Below are positions 47,692 to 57,647 of a stretch of 64,000 nucleotides of DNA, piece after piece. The notes under the pieces are model-generated. The model saw only the letters and a list, made by a program, of their open reading frames with translations, was not told where the DNA came from and did no database searches. The DNA lies in NCBI GenBank assembly GCA_963739115.1, contig CAVTZB010000002.1:84338-148337 (forward strand). The letters run 5' to 3'. This DNA is from an uncultured Solirubrobacteraceae bacterium (GTDB taxonomy: Bacteria; Actinomycetota; Thermoleophilia; Solirubrobacterales; Solirubrobacteraceae). The position numbers and the translations under genes were made by a program. How positions within the stretch are numbered: position 1 is the first letter of the stretch; each line of letters begins with the position of its first letter.

Positions 47692-48609
47692 TCAGCCCGC
47701 CCCGTTGAGGCGGCCGGCGAGCTCGATCACGATCTCCGCCAGGCGCGGGCCGCCATCCTCCTGACAGAAGTGGGCAACCCCCGGCAGCGTCTCGTGTGGC
47801 TGTCCAGCCGCGCCCGGGATCAGCTTCTCGAGCACCGCGTCCGCCCCGCGCGTGACCGGGTCGGAGTCGCCGAAGGCGCACACGAATGGCCCATCGAAGC
47901 CTTTCAGCACCTCCCAGGCAGCGCGGTTGGCGGGCGCCGCCGGGTCGTCCGGTGTGATCGGGACGAGCGTCGGGAACTGCCGTGCGCCGGCCTTGAAGCT
48001 CGCGTCGGGAAAGGGCGCATCGTAGGCGGCGATCTCCTGCTCTGACAGCTCCCGGTGGGTGCCGCCGTTGACGATTTTCCCGATCGGCAGGTCCTCGGTG
48101 CTCTGGGAGTAATCGCGCCACGCGCGGAACGCGTCGCCGGGATCGTGATCGCCCGTGGGCAGCATCGTGTTCGATGCCACCGCCCCGGCGAAGCGCTCGG
48201 GGTGCTCTCCCAGCAGACGCAGCCCGAGCAGCCCGCCCCAGTCCTGGCAGAACAGCACCATGCCCTGCAGGTTCAGGCGGTCCACCACCAGACCCGCCAG
48301 CCATTGCATGTGGCGGTCGTAGCTGTAGTCCTCGCGCTCGCTCGGCTTGTCCGATCGCCCGAAGCCGATCAGGTCCGGTGCGATCACGCGCATCCCAGCG
48401 GCCAGCAGCGGCGGGATCATGTGCCGGTAGAGGTATGACCACGACGGCTCGCCGTGCAGCAGCAGCGCCACGCGCCCGTCGCGCGGCCCCTCATCGACGT
48501 ACGCCATGCGCACCGTGTCCCCGTCTGCGCTCACCTGCGCGTACTGCGAGTCCCAGCTCCAATCGGGCAGATCTGTGAAGCGCTCATCAGGGGTGCGGAC
48601 AGCTTGCAT
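47692..48609 (-). CDS. Haloalkane dehalogenase (DhmA/DhlA-like)
   Basis: RTPDERF, LLHGEPSWSYLYR, PDLIGFGRSDKP, QDWGG, AYDAPFP, HFCQED; RBS GAGGAG before ATG 48609. Confidence 0.9.
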   Translation of the reverse strand: MQAVRTPDERFTDLPDWSWDSQYAQVSADGDTVRMAYVDEGPRDGRVALLLHGEPSWSYLYRHMIPPLLAAGMRVIAPDLIGFGRSDKPSEREDYSYDRHMQWLAGLVVDRLNLQGMVLFCQDWGGLLGLRLLGEHPERFAGAVASNTMLPTGDHDPGDAFRAWRDYSQSTEDLPIGKIVNGGTHRELSEQEIAAYDAPFPDASFKAGARQFPTLVPITPDDPAAPANRAAWEVLKGFDGPFVCAFGDSDPVTRGADAVLEKLIPGAAGQPHETLPGVAHFCQEDGGPRLAEIVIELAGRLNGAG

Positions 48610-48715
48610 CTTCTCTCTCCTCGGCAGTTGACGCCTGGTTCGGGCTGATTCTGATGCCCGGCCGCCGCGCGTGCTCCGCGGTGGGCCCGACGGCTCCTCG
48701 TACAATGCCCGCACT

Positions 48716-49000
48716 GTGATCGCACGCGAGGAGGTTCTGCACGTGGCGCGACTTGCGCGGCTCGCGCTCGGCGAGGATGAGATCGAGCCGATGGCGCGCG
48801 AGCTCTCCGCCGTGCTCGACCACGTCGCGCGGATCGGCGAGCTCGACCTCGACGGCGTCCCGCCGACCTCTCACGTCGTCGACGTCACCGGAGCGCTGCG
48901 CCCCGACGAGCCGCGTCCCTGCCTGCCGCGTGAGGTCGCGCTCGCTCAGGCGCCCGCCGTCAGCGACGACGGTTTCCTGGTCCCGAGCCCCCAGGCATGA
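48716..49000 (+). CDS. gatC: Asp/Glu-tRNA amidotransferase subunit C
   Basis: [19 protein letters not shown]; TACAAT 9 nt upstream. Confidence 0.93.
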   Translation: MIAREEVLHVARLARLALGEDEIEPMARELSAVLDHVARIGELDLDGVPPTSHVVDVTGALRPDEPRPCLPREVALAQAPAVSDDGFLVPSPQA

Positions 49001-50446
49001 GCGCCGCCGACGTGCTCGAGCTGTCGGCCGCGCAGGCGGCCGACGCGATCGCCGCGGGGTCGCTGTCCGCGGGCGAGCTGTTCGACGCCTATCGCTCGCG
49101 CGCGGCGGCCGATCGCGCCGCCGGCGATGACGGGCTGAACTGCTTCACCTGGGTCGCCGAGGACGCTCCCGAGGCGGGCTCGCCCGCCGCCGGCCTTGAC
49201 GGTGCGCCGCTCGGCGGCGTGCCGCTCGCCGTCAAGGATCTGTTCTGCACCGAGGGCGTGCCCAGCCAGTCGGGGTCGCGCATCCTCGAGGGCTATCTGC
49301 CGCCGTACACCGCCAGCGTCGTGCGTCGGCTCTACGGCGCCGGCGCGAGCCTCTTGGCGAAGACCAACCAGGACGAGTTCGCCATGGGCTCCTCAAACGA
49401 GAACTCCGCGTTCGGCGCCGTGCGCAACCCGTGGGATCGCGAGCGCGTCCCCGGCGGCTCCTCCGGGGGCAGCGCCGCCGCCGTCGCCGCCGGCCTCGCG
49501 CCGTGGGCGCTCGGCACCGACACCGGCGGCTCGATCCGCCAGCCGGCCGCGCTATGTGGGATCGTCGGCATGAAACCCACCTACGGCTCGGTGTCGCGCT
49601 ACGGCATGATCGCCTTCGCCTCCTCGCTCGACCAGGCGGGTCCGCTCACGCGCGACGTGCGCGACGCTGCGCTGCTGCTGCGCCACATGGTTGGCCGCGA
49701 CGAGTGTGACGCCACCTCGCTCGAGCTCCCGCACACGATCGAGCTGCCAACCGCCGAGCGTCTCGACGGGATACGGCTGGGCGTGCCCGAGGAGCTTGCC
49801 GGCGAGGGCATCGAAGCGGGCGTGCTCGACGCCTTCCGCGCCGCGCTCGCGCAGGCCGAGCAGCTCGGCGCGCACGTCAGCGAGGTGCGCCTGCCGCACG
49901 CTCCGCACGCGCTGTCCGCCTACTACGTGATCGCGCCCGCCGAGGCCTCCTCCAACCTCGCGCGCTTCGACGGCGTGCGCTACGGGCTACGTGCGGAGGA
50001 CTCCTCGGACCTGCTCGACATGTACACGCGCACGCGCCACGACGGCTTCGGCGCCGAGGTCAAGCGACGCATCATGCTCGGAACCTACGCGCTCTCATCT
50101 GGCTACTACGACGCCTACTACGGACGTGCGCAGCGCGTGCGCACGAAGATCTCAGACGACTTCCGCGCCGCCTTCGGCGAGGTGGATCTGATCGTCACGC
50201 CCACCGCGCCCTCGGTCGCCTTCAAGCTCGGCGAGAAGACCGCCGACCCGCTGTCGATGTACCTCAACGACTTCTGCACCGTGCCCATGTCCCTCGCCGG
50301 CATCCCAGCCATCTCGATTCCCTGCGGGCTCAGCCAGGGGCTGCCCGTCGGCTTGCAGATCGCCGGCCCCGCGTTCAGCGAGAACCGCCTGCTCGACGCC
50401 GCGCACGCGCTCGAGCGGAGCCTCGGCTTCGATGGAGCCTCAGCCC

Positions 50447-50454
<8 letters not shown>
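48997..50454 (+). CDS. gatA: Amidotransferase subunit A
   Basis: [43 protein letters not shown]. Confidence 0.97.
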
Positions 50455-51940
<1,486 letters not shown>

Positions 51941-52012
51941 CAGAGCGCCCCGCGCCACATTTTGGACTTCGGGCCAAAGGCAAGGAGAGCGCGCCGCGCC
52001 AATATGCTCACC

Positions 52013-52222
52013 ATGAACCGGTCAGCAGCCAACACAAGCGTTTCATCTCCTCGGCGGTTCATCCTGCTGCCCGAGGAACCGGTGGATGCACCGCACAACG
52101 GGCCGCGTATCCGCCGCTACCAGCTCTCGAGCATGGGGCAGGGTGCGGGGCGCCGGCGGGCGGGCATCAGCAATGTCAACATCTCTACGGCAAGGATCGC
52201 CCGCGGGGCACCGCACCGATAG
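52013..52222 (+). CDS. Putative 69-aa basic small protein
   Basis: TATGCT immediately upstream; MNRSAANTSVSSPRRFILLPEEPVDAPHNGPRIRRYQLSSMGQGAGRRR...; lower GC3 than shadow ORFs. Confidence 0.45.
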   Translation: MNRSAANTSVSSPRRFILLPEEPVDAPHNGPRIRRYQLSSMGQGAGRRRAGISNVNISTARIARGAPHR

Positions 52223-52239
52223 GTGTGGTCCGTCGGCTG

Positions 52240-52348
52240 GGTCGCATGTAGTTGATCCCTCCGCAGCGACCAACGCCGGCTTCCCTCGGCCGGCGTTTTC
52301 GGTAGAGCGGCCGGGCAGGGGTAGGAGTTCCTGCCCGGCCGCGCTACC
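52240..52348. ncRNA. Three-hairpin structured segment (possible sRNA/3' UTR and terminator)
   Basis: GGTCGC/GCGACC stem with CCCTCC in the loop; AACGCCGGC/GCCGGCGTT stem with TTCCCTCG loop then TTTT; 18-bp GGTAG...CTACC hairpin with GTAGGAG loop. Confidence 0.45.
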
Positions 52349-52403
52349 AACCCGGCCCGCGCCCAAGCACCGCTGGTCGCGCTACCATGGGTCCTAGATC
52401 GAG

Positions 52404-52598
52404 ATGAACGATTCATCCGCCAGCTCCAGTTCGAGCTCCCGCTCCATCGGCAAGACAGTGCTCGCCGGACTGGTAGTCCTGGTCGCCGGCTACATCCTGC
52501 TGAAGATCGTCATCGGCATCGCCGTCGCGATCGCAGGCACGGTCGCCGTGATCCTCGCCATCGTCGCGATCATCTGGGCCGTACGCGTACTGCTCTGA
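52404..52598 (+). CDS. Small 2-TM membrane protein
   Basis: Ser-rich start followed by two hydrophobic helices. Confidence 0.65.
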   Translation: MNDSSASSSSSSRSIGKTVLAGLVVLVAGYILLKIVIGIAVAIAGTVAVILAIVAIIWAVRVLL

Positions 52599-52608
52599 GC
52601 CTGCGGCG

Positions 52609-52908
52609 ATGGCCTACGTCATCATCGCCACCTGCTTCGGACTCTCCGGCGGGATCGTCGGCAAGTACAAGGGCAGCTCGTTCATCCTGTGGTTCCTGAT
52701 CTCCGGGGCGATCCCGTTTTTCGGCCTGCTCGCCGCGATCGCCTACCGCTCCGAGCGCGACGAGCTGCGCCGCCAGTGCCCGCAGTGCGGGCGCGTCACC
52801 AAGATCTACGACGCGCTCTGCACGCGCTGCGGGACTGAGTTCGACTTCCCCGACGTCGCGATCGCGCCCGAATCCTGGGAGCGCGCGCCGGCCGGCAGCT
52901 CACGCTGA
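52609..52908 (+). CDS. Small membrane protein with C-terminal zinc ribbon
   Basis: Two TMs, then CPQC...CTRC. Confidence 0.72.
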   Translation: MAYVIIATCFGLSGGIVGKYKGSSFILWFLISGAIPFFGLLAAIAYRSERDELRRQCPQCGRVTKIYDALCTRCGTEFDFPDVAIAPESWERAPAGSSR

Positions 52909-52909
52909 T

Positions 52910-52948
52910 TTCGGCTGCCCTAAGCCAAATTCGGCCGCCCTAAGCCGG
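52910..52948. promoter_or_regulatory. Tandem direct repeat, IdeR/DtxR-box-like
   Basis: TTCGGC(T/C)GCCCTAAGCC twice with a 20-bp period (16/17 identical); first 19-mer matches TWAGGTWAGSCTWACCTWA at 13/19 by hand count. Confidence 0.55.
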
Positions 52949-52973
52949 CCTCTCGCGTACGCTGTCGCTTGAC

Positions 52974-53513
52974 ATGAGCACCGTCAAGACAGCGCCCCCA
53001 ATCCACGACACGTTGCTGGCCCGCTGGATCCACCGAGCCGGCTTCGACCACGAGCGCGACTTCGTGCTGCGCGTCGTGCAGCCTGCGCTCGTCGGCATGA
53101 TCGACGGCACCGTCTCCTCGCTCGCGCCGATCTTTGCCGCAGCCGTCGCGGCCAACTCCCACACCGCGCTGCTCGTCGGCTTCTCCACCGCGCTCGGCGC
53201 CGGCGTCAGCATGGGCTGGTCGGAGGCCCTATCGGACACCGGCGAGCAGACCGGACGCGGCTCCGGTCTCGTGCGCGGCGCCATCACAGGCGGCATGACC
53301 ACGCTCGGCGGCATCTTCCACACGCTTCCCTTCCTCATCTCCAACGTTCACAAAGCGCTGCTCGTCGCCGGCTGCGTCGTCGCCGTCGAGCTGTTCGCCA
53401 TCGCCTGGGTGCGCAAACGCTTTCTCGAGGTCTCGCTGCGCTCCTCGCTGCTCGTCGTCACCGTCGGCGGGGCAATTGTCTTGGCGATCGGCGTCGGCAT
53501 CGGCTCCTCCTAG
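52974..53513 (+). CDS. VIT1/CCC1-family Fe/Mn transporter (MbfA membrane-domain-like)
   Basis: VQPALVGMIDGTVSSLAPIFAAA, GAGVSMGWSEALSD.G..TGRG, MTTLGGIFHTLPFL; no N-terminal ferritin-like domain. Confidence 0.85.
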   Translation: MSTVKTAPPIHDTLLARWIHRAGFDHERDFVLRVVQPALVGMIDGTVSSLAPIFAAAVAANSHTALLVGFSTALGAGVSMGWSEALSDTGEQTGRGSGLVRGAITGGMTTLGGIFHTLPFLISNVHKALLVAGCVVAVELFAIAWVRKRFLEVSLRSSLLVVTVGGAIVLAIGVGIGSS

Positions 53514-53560
53514 CGGTCGCCGGCACCGCACCGGGCCGCTGGTGGCGGTGCTAAAGCCGC

Positions 53561-53659
53561 TGGTACACTGGCTTTTTGCCCACTAGAGGGTGGCGCAGTC
53601 GGCCGCAGGCCGACCAGCCGGGCCCCTCTTCACCAATCAAAAGGAAGGGAGGCGACGAC
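53561..53659 (+). promoter_or_regulatory. ilvB promoter and structured 5' leader
   Basis: Extended -10 TG-G-TACACT (53561-53569); nested hairpin AGAGGG...GTCGGCC-GCA-GGCCGAC...CCCTCT (53585-53629); SD GGAAGGGAGG. Confidence 0.55.
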
Positions 53660-55336
53660 ATGCGCGCAGTTGATGCGTTGATGGAATGTTTGAAGGCGGA
53701 GGGCGTGGACGTCGTCTTCGGCCTGCCCGGCGGCGCCAACCTTCCAACCTACGATGCGTTCGTCACCGGCGGCATCCGTCACATCCTCGTCCGGCACGAG
53801 GCCGGCGGCGGGCACGCGGCCGAGGGCTACGCCAAGGCCACCGGCAAGGTCGGCGTGGCGTTCGCGACCAGCGGCCCCGGCGCGACGAACCTGATCACCC
53901 CGATCACCGACGCGATGATGGACTCCGTGCCGGTGGTGTTCATCACCGGCCAGGTGCGCACCGACCTGCTCGGCACCGACGGCTTCCAGGAGGCCGACAC
54001 GATCGGCATCACCATGCCCGTCGTCAAGCACTCGTTCATGATCCAGCACCCCCAGGAACTGCCGCGCGCGATCCACGAGGCCTTCCACATCGCCCGCAGC
54101 GGGCGTCCCGGTCCGGTGCTCGTGGACATGCCGCAGGACCTGTCGCGAGCGGAGATCGACTACGAGCCGGTCACCGACCTGCACCTGCCCGGCTACCAGC
54201 CGAAGGTCAACGGCAACCAGAAGCAGATTCGTCAGGCCGCCAAGGCGCTCGCCGCCGCGCAGCGCCCGGTGATCTACGCCGGCGGCGGCGTCGTCAACGC
54301 GAACGCCGCCGCGGAGCTGACCGAGTTCGCGCGCAGCGACCGCTTCCCCGTGACGTGCACGCTGATGGGGCTCGGGGCGTTTCCTGCGCCTGATCCCCAG
54401 TGGTTGGGAATGCTCGGCATGCACGGCACCCGCGCGGCCAACTACGCGATGGACGAGGCCGACCTGATCTGCGCCGTCGGCGCTCGCTTCGACGATCGCA
54501 TCACCGGCAAGCTCTCCGAGTTCGCGCCGCGCGCGAAGTTCATCCACATCGACGTCGACCCCGCCGAGATCTCCAAGAACGTGCCCGCGCATATCCCGAT
54601 CGTCGGCGACGCCAAGAACGTGCTCGCCAAGCTCGTCATCGAGTACCGCGCGATCGGCGCCGACCCCGCGCGGTTGGACGCGTGGTGGAGCAGGATCGAG
54701 GGCTGGAAAGCCAAGTACCCGCTCGCCTACGAGGACACGGTCGATGCCGAGATCAAGCCGCAGTTCATGATCCAGGCGCTGTACGAGGCCACCGGCGGCG
54801 AGGCGATCATCACCTCAGACGTCGGTCAGCACCAGATGTGGACGGCGCAGTTCTACGACTTCCCCGCGCCGCGACGCTGGATCAACTCCGGCGGCCTCGG
54901 CACGATGGGCTTCGGGCTGCCCGCCGCGATGGGCGCCGCCGTCGGCTGTCCCGATCGCGTCGTGTGCTGTGTCGCCGGCGACGGCTCCGTGCAGATGAAC
55001 GCGCAGGAGCTCGCCACGTGCGCGCAGAACGAGATCCCCATCAAGGTGTTCATCATGAACAACGGCTATCTCGGCATGGTGCGCCAGTGGCAGGAGCTGT
55101 TCTGGGACGGCAAATACAGCCACGTCGACATGGGCGAGTTCCCCGACTTCGTCAAGCTCGCCGAGGCCTACGGCGTCACCGGTATGCGCTTCTCCGACAA
55201 GACCACGCTCGTCGAGGACATGAAGCGCGCGATCGCCACCGACGGGCCGGTGCTCGTCGACGTGCGCGTCACGCGCGAGGAGAACACCTACCCGATGATC
55301 CCCGCCGGGCAGGCCGCACGCGAGATGGTGGGGTGA
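53660..55336 (+). CDS. ilvB: Acetolactate synthase large subunit
   Basis: FGLPGG, VRHEAG, TSGPGATN, FQEAD, DVGQHQMW, GGLGTMGFG, GDGS...NN. Confidence 0.97.
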   Translation: MRAVDALMECLKAEGVDVVFGLPGGANLPTYDAFVTGGIRHILVRHEAGGGHAAEGYAKATGKVGVAFATSGPGATNLITPITDAMMDSVPVVFITGQVRTDLLGTDGFQEADTIGITMPVVKHSFMIQHPQELPRAIHEAFHIARSGRPGPVLVDMPQDLSRAEIDYEPVTDLHLPGYQPKVNGNQKQIRQAAKALAAAQRPVIYAGGGVVNANAAAELTEFARSDRFPVTCTLMGLGAFPAPDPQWLGMLGMHGTRAANYAMDEADLICAVGARFDDRITGKLSEFAPRAKFIHIDVDPAEISKNVPAHIPIVGDAKNVLAKLVIEYRAIGADPARLDAWWSRIEGWKAKYPLAYEDTVDAEIKPQFMIQALYEATGGEAIITSDVGQHQMWTAQFYDFPAPRRWINSGGLGTMGFGLPAAMGAAVGCPDRVVCCVAGDGSVQMNAQELATCAQNEIPIKVFIMNNGYLGMVRQWQELFWDGKYSHVDMGEFPDFVKLAEAYGVTGMRFSDKTTLVEDMKRAIATDGPVLVDVRVTREENTYPMIPAGQAAREMVG

Positions 55337-55338
55337 GG

Positions 55339-55431
55339 ATGATGAGAATGCAGACATTCTCATCAGGTCACGAACGCCCGGAGGGCGGGCGTTCCAATCA
55401 GGCGAGCCGGCTGGATGCCGGTTCGAGGTGA
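55339..55431 (+). other. ilvB-ilvN spacer with two perfect hairpins and a 30-aa bridging mini-ORF
   Basis: GATGAGAATG-CAGA-CATTCTCATC and GAACGCCCG-GAGGG-CGGGCGTTC; MMRMQTFSSGHERPEGGRSNQASRLDAGSR* ends in the ilvN SD. Confidence 0.5.
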
Positions 55432-55436
55432 CTGTC

Positions 55437-55994
55437 ATGGGTGAACCAGGAACCAAGGAACCGCTCAGCCTCGAGGAGCTCGAAGCCTCGACCAACATGC
55501 GCACGGGCCGCAAGCACGTGCTGTCGATCCTCGTCGAAAACAAGTCCGGTGTCTTGACAAGGATCGCGGGCCTGTTCGCCAGGCGCGGCTTCAACATCGA
55601 CACGCTCACAGTCGGCCCCACCGAGGACGCGCAGATCTCGCGCGTGACGCTGACGGTCGACGGCGCGCTGCATCCGATCGACCAGGTCACCAAGCAGTTG
55701 CACAAGCTCATCAACGTGCTGAAGATCCGCGACCTCGAGCCGGCGGACACCGTCGCGCGCGAGCTCGCGCTGTTCAAGGTGTCCGCTGACGGCACGCAGC
55801 GCGGCGAGCTGATGCAGATCGCCGAGATCTTTCGCGGCAAGGTCGTCAACGTCACCAAGCGCGCCGTCATCGTCGAGGTCACCGGCACGACCGACAAGAT
55901 CGAGGCGTTCGAGACGATGGTGCGCCCGTTCGGGCTGATCGAGATGATGCGCACGGGCGAGATCGCGATCTCGCGAGGGCGCACCGAGACCTGA
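55437..55994 (+). CDS. ilvN: Acetolactate synthase small (regulatory) subunit
   Basis: LSILVENKSGVLTRIAGLFARRGFNIDTL, KQLHKLINV, RELAL; RBS GAGGTG. Confidence 0.96.
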   Translation: MGEPGTKEPLSLEELEASTNMRTGRKHVLSILVENKSGVLTRIAGLFARRGFNIDTLTVGPTEDAQISRVTLTVDGALHPIDQVTKQLHKLINVLKIRDLEPADTVARELALFKVSADGTQRGELMQIAEIFRGKVVNVTKRAVIVEVTGTTDKIEAFETMVRPFGLIEMMRTGEIAISRGRTET

Positions 55995-57511
55995 TGTCGC
56001 GGATCACGCTCGCTCGGCACGCGCTGGCGCTGGGCGAGCAGGATCGCGAGCGGCTCGCCGCGCGGCTCGCGCTGGCGGTCAGGCGCGCGCGGCGCAGCGG
56101 CGGCGAGGTGCTGGCGACGCTGTCGCTGTCGCTGGACGCCGACGTGGATCCCTCGGCGGTGGCGTGTGCCTCGCGCCGCGCCGGCGAGCCGTGGTTCGTG
56201 TTCGAGCAGCCCGACCGCGGCCGCGCGGCGCTGGCGGCGCTCGGCGAGGTCACGAGCCTGCACGCGTCCGGCGCGACGCGCTTTGCCAGCGTCGCCGATC
56301 GCTGGCGCGCGCTGTCCGCCGCCGCCGTCAGCGATCCCGCTGACGAGCCCGCCGGCGGCGGGGTGGGTGGAGGTCCGATCGCCATCGGAGGCTTCGCGTT
56401 CGCGCCCGAGGGCGGAGCCGCGCCGCACTGGCAGGGCTTCCAGCCGGCATCGCTGACGGTGCCAGAGGTGGCGCTGTCGCGCAGCGAGCGCGGGGGGAAG
56501 GCGCTCGGCGGGCGGGCGATGCCGGCTCGGTCGCGCTGGCCCGGCCGCGCCGACCCGGTCGTGCGTCTCACGCTGGCGGCGCTGGCGTGCCCCGACGACG
56601 TCCCCGAGGAGCTGCTGGCGCGCCTGGAGCAGCGTGTGGCGGAGCTGCGCACACAGCCACTGCCGCTGCTGGACCCGGCGCCGACGGGGCGTTTCCAGGT
56701 CGCGAGCGCGATGCCGCCCGAGCACTACGAACAGGCGGTCGCGCGCGCGCGCGAGCTGATCGCCTCGCGCGAGCTGGAGAAGATCGTGCTCGCGCGCGAA
56801 GTCCAGGTGCACGCTCCGCGCGCGTATGACCCTGCGGCGGTGTTCGGAGTGCTGCGCGAGGAGTTCCCGTCGTGCTTCGTGTTCTGCGTCGGGCGCGGCG
56901 CGAGCACCTTGATCGCGGCGAGCCCCGAGCTGCTGGTACGTCGCGAGGGCCACCGCGTCAGCACAGTGGCGCTCGCGGGCTCCACCCGACGCAGCGCCGA
57001 CCCTGCGGTCGACGCGCACCTCGGCGAGCAGCTGCTGCGCGACGAGAGCTACCGCGAGGAGCACGACATCGTCGCGCGGCGGATCGAGCGCACGCTGCGC
57101 CCGCACGCGATCTGGGTGACAGCCGCGCCCGAGCCCGAGCTGGTGAGGATCGCCAACATCCAGCACCTCGCCACGCCGATCCGCGCGCAGCTCGCCGCGC
57201 CGATGGAGGCGCTCGAGCTCGCCGGGCTGATGCACCCCACGCCCGCCGTCGGCGGCGAGCCGCGCTCGGTCGCCACGCCGCTGATTCCCGCGCTCGAGGG
57301 GTTGGACCGCGGCTGGTACACCGGGCCCGTCGGCTGGACCGACGCCACCGGCGACGGCGAATTCTGCGTCGCGCTGCGCTGCGCGCTGCTGCACGAGAAC
57401 GTTGCCCGCTGCTACGCCGGGAACGGGATCGTGCGCGACTCCGATCCGGCCAGCGAGCTGGCCGAGACCGAGGTCAAGCTGCAGGCGCTGCTGCCGCTGC
57501 TCGCGGGCTGA
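55994..57511 (+). CDS. menF: Isochorismate synthase
   Basis: KIVLAR, ASPELL, ALAGS, EEH, QHLAT, HPTPAVGG, RGWYTGPVG, LRC, AGNGIV..S...E..ET..K; men gene context. Confidence 0.88.
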   Translation: MSRITLARHALALGEQDRERLAARLALAVRRARRSGGEVLATLSLSLDADVDPSAVACASRRAGEPWFVFEQPDRGRAALAALGEVTSLHASGATRFASVADRWRALSAAAVSDPADEPAGGGVGGGPIAIGGFAFAPEGGAAPHWQGFQPASLTVPEVALSRSERGGKALGGRAMPARSRWPGRADPVVRLTLAALACPDDVPEELLARLEQRVAELRTQPLPLLDPAPTGRFQVASAMPPEHYEQAVARARELIASRELEKIVLAREVQVHAPRAYDPAAVFGVLREEFPSCFVFCVGRGASTLIAASPELLVRREGHRVSTVALAGSTRRSADPAVDAHLGEQLLRDESYREEHDIVARRIERTLRPHAIWVTAAPEPELVRIANIQHLATPIRAQLAAPMEALELAGLMHPTPAVGGEPRSVATPLIPALEGLDRGWYTGPVGWTDATGDGEFCVALRCALLHENVARCYAGNGIVRDSDPASELAETEVKLQALLPLLAG

Positions 57512-57647
57512 GCCGCGCTGTCTTCTCACCCGGCGCCTCGCGCGACGGTGCCGATTCTGCATCGCTAAAGCAGGTCGCCCGTGGGGACGATTTGGACGTC
57601 GGAGCGCGGCACATCGCGCGCCGTCCACAGAGACCCGCTAGCGCCAG

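Noticed and set aside
53585-53635. tRNA-like look (GGTGGCGCAGTCGG...TCACCA) in the ilvB leader
   Set aside because: About 50 nt, no TTCRA T-loop or anticodon arm; not a tRNA. It also lacks the T-box GGTGGNACC motif.
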